Shown here: positions 56,098 through 61,864 of the stretch, in pieces
Layout of the letters: every line of letters begins with the position of its first letter
How positions within the stretch are numbered: position 1 is the stretch's first letter
Position numbers and translations under genes: made by a program
Notes under the pieces: generated by a model
What the model was told of the DNA's origin: nothing
What the model saw: only the letters and a program-made list of their open reading frames with translations
Databases searched by the model: none
Assembly (NCBI GenBank): GCA_028292195.1
Contig: JAQGMU010000609.1
Span: 1-61,864 of the forward strand
Direction of reading: 5' to 3'
Origin: Ramlibacter sp.
Lineage (GTDB): Bacteria > Pseudomonadota > Gammaproteobacteria > Burkholderiales > Burkholderiaceae_C
DNA: 61,864 bases

Positions 56098-56292
56098 ATG
56101 AAGATCCGGATCGCGCTGGAACGCTGCAAGGGGCACCAGGCCTGTGTCAGGTCGGCGCCTGAGCTTTTCTTCATTGGCGAAGACGGCTTCGCCCGGCTCC
56201 GCGCCGGCGAGGACGTGGCGCCGGAACAGGCCGAGAACGCGCTCCTCGCATACGACAATTGCCCGGAATTCGCGATCGAAATCGTCCCCTAG
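56098..56292 (+). CDS. Small monocluster ferredoxin with a CxxHxxC...CP motif (P450-associated type)
   Basis: MKIRIALERCKGHQACVRSAPELF...DNCPEFAI; SD GGAG. Confidence 0.92.
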   Translation: MKIRIALERCKGHQACVRSAPELFFIGEDGFARLRAGEDVAPEQAENALLAYDNCPEFAIEIVP

Positions 56293-56340
56293 GGGAAACC
56301 CAGGGGCAACGAAAATATGTTGATGATTCGGGAAAACGAT

Positions 56341-57834
56341 ATGTCCGAAACTGAATCCCTGCCGGCCGGAATCCGCTGGCTGCGCGGCCCCGGTGCCAAG
56401 CGCCTGCTGATCAACGGCCAATGGGTCGAAGCCCTGCAGGGCGAAACCTTCGAAAGCCGCGACCCCGCCACCGGCGAGCTGCTGTGCTCCATCGCCAGGG
56501 GCGGTGCGGCCGATGTCGACCTGGCCGTGGCAGCCGCGCGCCGCGCACTCGACGGCCCCTGGGGCAAGCTCAAGCCCTACGACCGTCAGCTGCTGCTGCT
56601 GAAGCTGGCCGACCTGGTCGAGCGCCACTACGACGAACTGGCCGTGATCGAAACGCTCGATATGGGCGCGCCGATTTCGCGCACCTCGGTTGGCCATCGC
56701 CGCGTGCTGCCGCTGATCCGCTTCTATGCCGGCCTGGCCACGGCGATCCACGGCCAGACCATCGCCAACTCGATTCCCGGCGAGATGCTGACGTACACCA
56801 CCAAGGAGCCGGTGGGCGTGGTCGGCGCCATCGTTCCGTGGAACGCCCCGCTGGGACTCGGCATCTGGAAGCTGGCGCCGGCGCTGGCCACCGGCTGCAC
56901 CGTGGTCATGAAGCCGGCCGAGCAGGCCTCGCTGTCGCTGCTGCGGCTGGCGGAACTGGTCCAGGAGGCGGGCTTTCCTGCCGGCGTGCTGAACGTGGTG
57001 ACCGGCTTCGGCGAAGCGGGTGCGGCCATTGCCGCCCATCCCGGTGTCGACAAGGTGTCGTTCACCGGCTCCACCGAGACCGGCCAGAGCATCATTCGCG
57101 CCTCGGCCGGCAACATCAAGCGGCTGTCGCTGGAACTGGGCGGGAAGTCGCCCGACATCGTGTTCGCCGACGCCGACCTCGATGCGGCCGCCGCCGGCGC
57201 CGCCTTCGCCGGCTTCGAGAACACCGGCCAGATCTGCGTCGCCGGCACCCGGCTCTACGTGGAGCGCGGCGTGCACGAGGAGTTCGTGGAGAAGGTCGCC
57301 GCCCGCGCTGCCAGGGTGCGCATAGGCGCCACCCTGGACCCGAAGACCTCGATGGGCCCGCTGGTGTCCGCCGAGCAGCTGGAACGGGTGCTCGGCTACA
57401 TGGAGCTCGGCCCGCGCGAGGGCGCGCGCACGGCGGCGGGCGCCCGCAGGCTGACCGGCGAGGGCTTCGACAGCGGCTTCTATGTGGCGCCCACGGTCTT
57501 CGCCGACGTGAACGACACGATGCGGATCGCCCGCGAGGAAATCTTCGGGCCGGTGATCAGCGCCATGCCCTTCGACGATGTCGAGGAGGTGATCCGCCGC
57601 GCCAACGACAGTCCTTACGGCCTGGGCGCCGGGGTCTGGACGCGCGACGTCGGCAAGGCCCACCGGATGGCGCGCGCGCTGAAGGCCGGGACGGTCTGGG
57701 TCAACTGCTACATGCCGCTGGATCCGGCGCTGCCCTTCGGCGGCTACAAGATGAGTGGTTACGGGCGCGAGTCCGGCATCCATCACATGGACGAATTCAT
57801 GAATGTGAAGGCCGTCGTCCTGAAGACAGGTTGA
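56341..57834 (+). CDS. NAD(P)-dependent aldehyde dehydrogenase
   Basis: IVPWNAP, KPAEQ, FTGSTETG, LELGGKSP, catalytic Cys in GQICVAG, EEIFGPV, PFGGYKMSG.GRE. Confidence 0.96.
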   Translation: MSETESLPAGIRWLRGPGAKRLLINGQWVEALQGETFESRDPATGELLCSIARGGAADVDLAVAAARRALDGPWGKLKPYDRQLLLLKLADLVERHYDELAVIETLDMGAPISRTSVGHRRVLPLIRFYAGLATAIHGQTIANSIPGEMLTYTTKEPVGVVGAIVPWNAPLGLGIWKLAPALATGCTVVMKPAEQASLSLLRLAELVQEAGFPAGVLNVVTGFGEAGAAIAAHPGVDKVSFTGSTETGQSIIRASAGNIKRLSLELGGKSPDIVFADADLDAAAAGAAFAGFENTGQICVAGTRLYVERGVHEEFVEKVAARAARVRIGATLDPKTSMGPLVSAEQLERVLGYMELGPREGARTAAGARRLTGEGFDSGFYVAPTVFADVNDTMRIAREEIFGPVISAMPFDDVEEVIRRANDSPYGLGAGVWTRDVGKAHRMARALKAGTVWVNCYMPLDPALPFGGYKMSGYGRESGIHHMDEFMNVKAVVLKTG

Positions 57835-57889
57835 TGCGCTTCGGGCAGGTACCATCGACCGCAAGCGCGCGATCCAGCGGCAACCCTCC

Positions 57890-58756
57890 ATGAGTACAAC
57901 GGCCAAGAAGAAGACCCGGTCCGACGACGGCAACGGCAACGGCAATGGCGGCGCCGCCAGTGCGCGCCGCATCCTGATCACCGTGCTGGGCGAGTTCCTG
58001 CGCAACGGGCCGCACCAGGTGTGGAACTCCACGCTGGTGGAGGTGCTGAAGATCGCCGGCCAGAGCGAGCAGGCGGCGCGCCAGGCGGTGCTGCGCGCCG
58101 CCGCGGCGGGCTGGCTGGAGAAAAGCAGCGTCGGCCGCCGGGTCTGCTGGAACCTCACGCCTTCGCTGCTGACCTTCCTCGTCGAAGGCTGGAACCACGT
58201 CTATCCGGCGAACCGCTCCGGTTGGGATGGCCAGTGGCTGATCCTGTATGTATCGCTGCCGGAGAAGCAGCGCGCCGCCCGCGACAAGCTGTACAAGTCG
58301 CTGCAGTGGGCCGGCTTCGGCAACCCGAGCGCGGGGCTCTGGATCAGCCCCTACACCGAACGCCGCGACGAGGTGAAGCGCATCATCCGCGCGCTGGGCC
58401 TGACCGAGTTCACCTTCAGCTTCATCGGGCAGGCGCTCGACATCGGCATCAACGACCAGCGGCTGGTGCAGCTTTGCTGGAACTGGGACGAGATCGCCCG
58501 TCACTACGCGCAGCTGCTGGATCGCTTCCGCAAGGTGAAGCCGCGCACGCGCGACGAGATCCTGGTCGCCCACCTGCAGCTGCTGATCGAGTGGAGCAAG
58601 CTGCCGCTGATCGACCCCCGCCTGCCCAGCGCCTTGCTGCCGGCCGACTGGGAAGGCCAGCATTCCGCGGCGGAACTCGAGGACATGCTCAGCGAGTGGC
58701 GGCGCGTGGCCACCGCGCGCTGGGACGAGGTCGTGGCGCAGGCGGAGCAGGGGTGA
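57890..58756 (+). CDS. PaaX-family transcriptional regulator
   Basis: SARRILITVLGEF, E.AARQAVLR...GWL, WDGQWL, LQWAGFG....GLWISP, DPRLPSALLPADWEG. Confidence 0.92.
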   Translation: MSTTAKKKTRSDDGNGNGNGGAASARRILITVLGEFLRNGPHQVWNSTLVEVLKIAGQSEQAARQAVLRAAAAGWLEKSSVGRRVCWNLTPSLLTFLVEGWNHVYPANRSGWDGQWLILYVSLPEKQRAARDKLYKSLQWAGFGNPSAGLWISPYTERRDEVKRIIRALGLTEFTFSFIGQALDIGINDQRLVQLCWNWDEIARHYAQLLDRFRKVKPRTRDEILVAHLQLLIEWSKLPLIDPRLPSALLPADWEGQHSAAELEDMLSEWRRVATARWDEVVAQAEQG

Positions 58757-58784
58757 GATGGGTGCGTCGCTCGGGAACTTGCGC

Positions 58785-58802
58785 ATACTATCCGCCGAGT
58801 AC
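58785..58802 (+). promoter_or_regulatory. Candidate TetR operator, copy 2 (autoregulatory)
   Basis: ATACTATCCGCCGAGTAC directly after a -35-like TTGCGC, upstream of tetR. Confidence 0.6.
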
Positions 58803-58831
58803 GTAACCCTTGCATGGTATTCTGTTCAGCC

Positions 58832-59488
58832 ATGAGTAGCTCTGCCCTCCGCGTTGCGCCCAAGGCGCCGGTCCGGACGCCCGCCACCAAGCGGACCAAG
58901 CGCGAGCAGCGCGACGAAAGTGTCGACAAGCTGCTCAGCGCGGCACGGACGCTGTTCGTTTCCAAAGGCTACCGTTCGACCACGCTGGAGCAGATCGCGG
59001 CGGCGGCGGGGCTGACCAAGGGCGCCGTCTACTTCCACTTCGGCGCCAAGGAAGCGGTGCTGGTGCAGCTGCTCGATCACGTCGAGAACCAGCTCATTGC
59101 GCCCGCGCTGGACATCCTCAAGGCCGAGGGCAGCCCGGTCTCCGACAAGCTGGTGCAGTTCCTGCGCCTGCATGGCGAGATGGGGATCACCAAGCGCGAA
59201 GACATGCTGCTGCTGATCTCCATGTCCGTGGAGTTCGCCGAGCTCGAGGGCCCGGCAGCCGAAGCGATCAAGCGCATGTATGGGCTTCTGTACCACGCGC
59301 TCGAAGCGCTGATCCGCCGCGGCCAGGCCAGCGGCGAGATCCGGCGCGACGCGCCGGCCGCGGAGCTGGCCTCCGTGGTGGTCGCCACGCACGACGGCGC
59401 CTTCCTCGAGTGGTACCGGCGCGGTACGCAACTCGATGGCCGCGACCTCGTTCGCGCGACCCTCTCCGTCCTGCTGCACGGGCTGTAA
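58832..59488 (+). CDS. TetR/AcrR-family transcriptional regulator (start 58814 or 58832)
   Basis: LLSAARTLFVSKGYRSTTLEQIAAAAGLTKGAVYFHF..KE. Confidence 0.95.
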   Translation: MSSSALRVAPKAPVRTPATKRTKREQRDESVDKLLSAARTLFVSKGYRSTTLEQIAAAAGLTKGAVYFHFGAKEAVLVQLLDHVENQLIAPALDILKAEGSPVSDKLVQFLRLHGEMGITKREDMLLLISMSVEFAELEGPAAEAIKRMYGLLYHALEALIRRGQASGEIRRDAPAAELASVVVATHDGAFLEWYRRGTQLDGRDLVRATLSVLLHGL

Positions 59489-59523
59489 AGCGCCCGCGAA
59501 TCCCGGTCTTCGGGTTCCCCGCG

Positions 59524-59552
59524 TTGACAACATACCGGCCAGCTAGTATTTT
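59524..59552 (+). promoter_or_regulatory. Sigma70 promoter with candidate TetR operator, copy 3
   Basis: TTGACA-N17-TATTTT, with ATAC-CGGCCAGCTA-GTAT (59532-59549) spanning the spacer and -10 box. Confidence 0.75.
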
Positions 59553-59593
59553 CATGAAAACCCCGACCAACGCCGTCAACGGAGCCACACCTC

Positions 59594-60388
59594 ATGGATC
59601 TTCAACTCGCTAGCAAGAGCGTCATCGTCACGGGCTCCGGCTCGAACATCGGCCGCGCCATCGCGCTCGCCTTCGCCCGTGAAGGCGCCAAGGTCGCCAT
59701 CGTCGACATCGACGCAGCCCAGTGCAACAAGGTCGCCGCCGAAGCGCGCGCGCTCGGTGCCGCCGAAGTGCTGGCGCTGGCCACCGACGTCACCAGCTGG
59801 GAGGACGTGCAGAAGATGGCGCAAGGCGTCGAGGCCGGCTTCGGCGGCATCGACGTGCTGGTGAACAACGTGGGCTGGACCTTCGACCGCATGTTCATGG
59901 AGAAGCCGCGCGAAGAGTGGGAAAAGGAAATCCAGCTGAACCTGTGGTCCAACATCAACTGCACCCGCGCGGTGATGGACACGATGGTGAAGGCCGGCAA
60001 GGGCACGGTCGTCAACATCGGCTCCGACGCCGGCCGCATGGGCGAATTCCGCGAAGCCGTGTACGGCGCCACCAAGGCCGGCGTGATCGCGCTGTCGAAG
60101 TCGCTGGCCCGCGAGTACGGCCGCAAGGGCCTGCGCTTCAACACCGTCTGCCCCGGCACCACCATGCCCGATTCCGACGAGGAGATCGGCGAGCGCAGCA
60201 TCTGGGCCACCGGCATGAAGGACTGGAACACCCCCGAGATGCGCGAGCGCATCGCCAAGGCCTATCCGCTGCGCCGCGTGGGCCGTCCGGACGACGTCTC
60301 GAACGCCGTGCTGTTCATGGCCTCCGACTGCGCGTCATTCATCACCGGCCAGACGCTCAGCGTGAGCGGCGGCTACACGATGATGTAA
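59594..60388 (+). CDS. SDR, BadH-like hydroxyacyl-CoA dehydrogenase
   Basis: TGSGSNIG, VNNVGW, SDAGRMGEFREAVYGATK, NTVCPG, ITGQTLSVSGG. Confidence 0.9.
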   Translation: MDLQLASKSVIVTGSGSNIGRAIALAFAREGAKVAIVDIDAAQCNKVAAEARALGAAEVLALATDVTSWEDVQKMAQGVEAGFGGIDVLVNNVGWTFDRMFMEKPREEWEKEIQLNLWSNINCTRAVMDTMVKAGKGTVVNIGSDAGRMGEFREAVYGATKAGVIALSKSLAREYGRKGLRFNTVCPGTTMPDSDEEIGERSIWATGMKDWNTPEMRERIAKAYPLRRVGRPDDVSNAVLFMASDCASFITGQTLSVSGGYTMM

Positions 60389-60398
60389 GGACCGCGGC

Positions 60399-61175
60399 AT
60401 GACGCATCTCGAGATCGCGGACGGCATCGCCCGCCTCACCCTGGCAAGCCCGCCGGTGAACGCGCTGTCGGCGCAATTGCTGGATTCCCTGGAACAGGCG
60501 CTGGAATCGCTGGAGCATCGCGACGACTGGTCGGTGCTGGTGCTGGCCAGCACCGCCAGCGTGTTCTGCGCCGGCGGCGACCTGCAGACCATGGCCGGCT
60601 GGATGAAGGGCGAAGATCCGGGCGGCGTGCTCGGCGCCTATGCGGCGCGCGTGCAGCGCGTCGGCCGCCGGATCGAGGCGCTGCCGCAAGTCACGATTGC
60701 CCTGTGCGAGCGCACCGCGTTGGGCGGCGGACTCGAGCTCGCGCTGGCCTGCGACCTGCGCATCGCCTCGAGCCGGGCCAGGTTCGGCCTGCCGGAAGTG
60801 CGGCTCGGGCTGTTGCCCGGCGCCGGCGGCACGCAGCGCCTGACGCGCGCGTGCGGCAAGGGCGTCGCGATGCGCCTGATCCTCGGCGCCGAGGTGGTCG
60901 ATGCCGCCACGGCACTCGACCTCGGCATCGTCCAATGGCTGTTCGAAGCCGACCAGTTCGCCGCCCGCAGCGAAGAAGTGGTGGCCCGATTCGCCGCGGC
61001 GCCGCGCGAGGCGCTGCTGCACAGCAAGGCCTGCATCCAGCTCGCGCAGGAGCCGCAGGCCGGCTTCACGCGCGAGGTCGAAGGCCTTTCCGCCCTGGCG
61101 CGCACCGAGACGGCACGCACGCTGGTCGACGCCTTCCTGGCCGGGGCGCGCGCCAGCGCGGCCAGGAAGCCGTGA
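60399..61175 (+). CDS. Enoyl-CoA hydratase
   Basis: PPVNAL, FCAGGD, GGGLELALACD, FGLPEVRLG...GGTQRL. Confidence 0.93.
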   Translation: MTHLEIADGIARLTLASPPVNALSAQLLDSLEQALESLEHRDDWSVLVLASTASVFCAGGDLQTMAGWMKGEDPGGVLGAYAARVQRVGRRIEALPQVTIALCERTALGGGLELALACDLRIASSRARFGLPEVRLGLLPGAGGTQRLTRACGKGVAMRLILGAEVVDAATALDLGIVQWLFEADQFAARSEEVVARFAAAPREALLHSKACIQLAQEPQAGFTREVEGLSALARTETARTLVDAFLAGARASAARKP

Positions 61176-61864
61176 ACCTCGACTATTCCCCCGAGGAAGC
61201 CGCCTTCCGCGGCGAGGTGAGGCAATTCCTCGAGAGCAACGTCGACCCCAGGGTACGCGCCAAGCTGCGCGCCGGCGGCGAACTCGAGAAGCATGAGGTA
61301 GTGGACTGGATCCGCATCCTGCACCGGCGGGGCTGGGCGGTGCCGCATTGGCCCGAGCAATGGGGCGGCACCGGCTGGACCCTGGTGCAGCAGATGATCT
61401 ACCGCGACCTGGTGCAGGAAGTGGGGGTGCCGGAGGCGCCGTCCTTCGGCGTCAGCATGGTCGGCCCGGTGATCTACAACTTCGGCAGCGAGGCGCAGAA
61501 GCGCCGCTTCCTGCCCCGCATCGCCAGCCTGGAGCACTGGTGGTGCCAGGGCTTCTCCGAGCCCGGCGCCGGGTCCGACCTCGCCGCCCTGCGCACGGCG
61601 GCGCGCCGCGATGGCTCCGGCGACTGGATCCTCTCCGGCCAGAAGACGTGGACCACGCTGGCGCAGCACGCCGACTGGATCTTCGTGCTGGCGCGCACCG
61701 ACCCCGACGCCCCACGCAAGCAGCAAGGCATCTCGTTCTTCCTAGTCGACATGCGGTCCCCCGGCGTCACGCAGCGGCCTCTGCGCACCATCGACGGCGG
61801 CCACGAGATCAACGAAGTGTTCTTCCACGACGTGAAGGTGCCCGCCGACCAGCTGGTGGGCGAG
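61172..61864 (+). CDS. Acyl-CoA dehydrogenase, PimC-like; runs off the right edge
   Basis: GTG overlapping the previous TGA; MNLDYSPEEAAFRGEVRQFL, FGVSMVGPVI, WWCQGFSEPGAGSDLA, GQKTWTTLAQHADW, HEINEVFF. Confidence 0.93.
   Translation, partial: MNLDYSPEEAAFRGEVRQFLESNVDPRVRAKLRAGGELEKHEVVDWIRILHRRGWAVPHWPEQWGGTGWTLVQQMIYRDLVQEVGVPEAPSFGVSMVGPVIYNFGSEAQKRRFLPRIASLEHWWCQGFSEPGAGSDLAALRTAARRDGSGDWILSGQKTWTTLAQHADWIFVLARTDPDAPRKQQGISFFLVDMRSPGVTQRPLRTIDGGHEINEVFFHDVKVPADQLVGE

Noticed and set aside
57929-57946. GGCAAC x3 repeat in the PaaX N-terminus (GNGNGN)
   Set aside because: A short in-frame low-complexity linker; slippage would not shift the frame.
204-61812. Many long alternative-frame and antisense ORFs (e.g. 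3199-4929, 18864-20597, 25834-27615, 31078-33285, 56023-58158)
   Set aside because: They are Arg/Ala/Pro-rich shadows of real genes, expected in high-GC DNA, and carry no motifs.

Overview
GC-rich bacterial DNA. Six Bug/TctC receptors and a DUF4148-like secreted protein suggest Betaproteobacteria, probably Comamonadaceae (inference). No rRNA, tRNA, CRISPR, transposase or integrase is visible. Positions 1-9.2 kb hold a partial GAF-PAS sensor, a LysR regulator and two convergent acyl-CoA operons that include a cytoplasmic YWTD beta-propeller, an NDH-2 and a collapsed acyl-CoA dehydrogenase pseudogene. Positions 9.4-11.9 kb hold an MgtC-family gene and small orphans. From 12 kb to the end is a catabolic region of about 50 kb with unknown substrate, apparently built from three regulons whose candidate operators can be read in the sequence. 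(A) 12-37.8 kb: a repeated CATCAAGCATGTG-type motif plus an IclR regulator, twin SDRs, two NTF2 proteins, a class III aminotransferase, an Arg-less Rid protein, a cyclase, twin CoA ligases, a His/Asp crotonase, ACADs and a cupin. (B) An ATAC-N10-GTAT motif links a TetR regulator to an aldolase-TauD-Cys-less thiolase-DUF35-ligase operon and to an SDR-ECH-ACAD operon. (C) A PaaX-associated divergent unit in which a cytochrome P450 is co-encoded with an orphan BoxA-like reductase (no BoxB/BoxC), a His-motif ferredoxin, ADH, ALDH, a CoA transferase and an ABC importer with an embedded CoA ligase. Unit C is the best candidate for an undescribed system. All family calls come from motif recognition by eye; no database searches were run.
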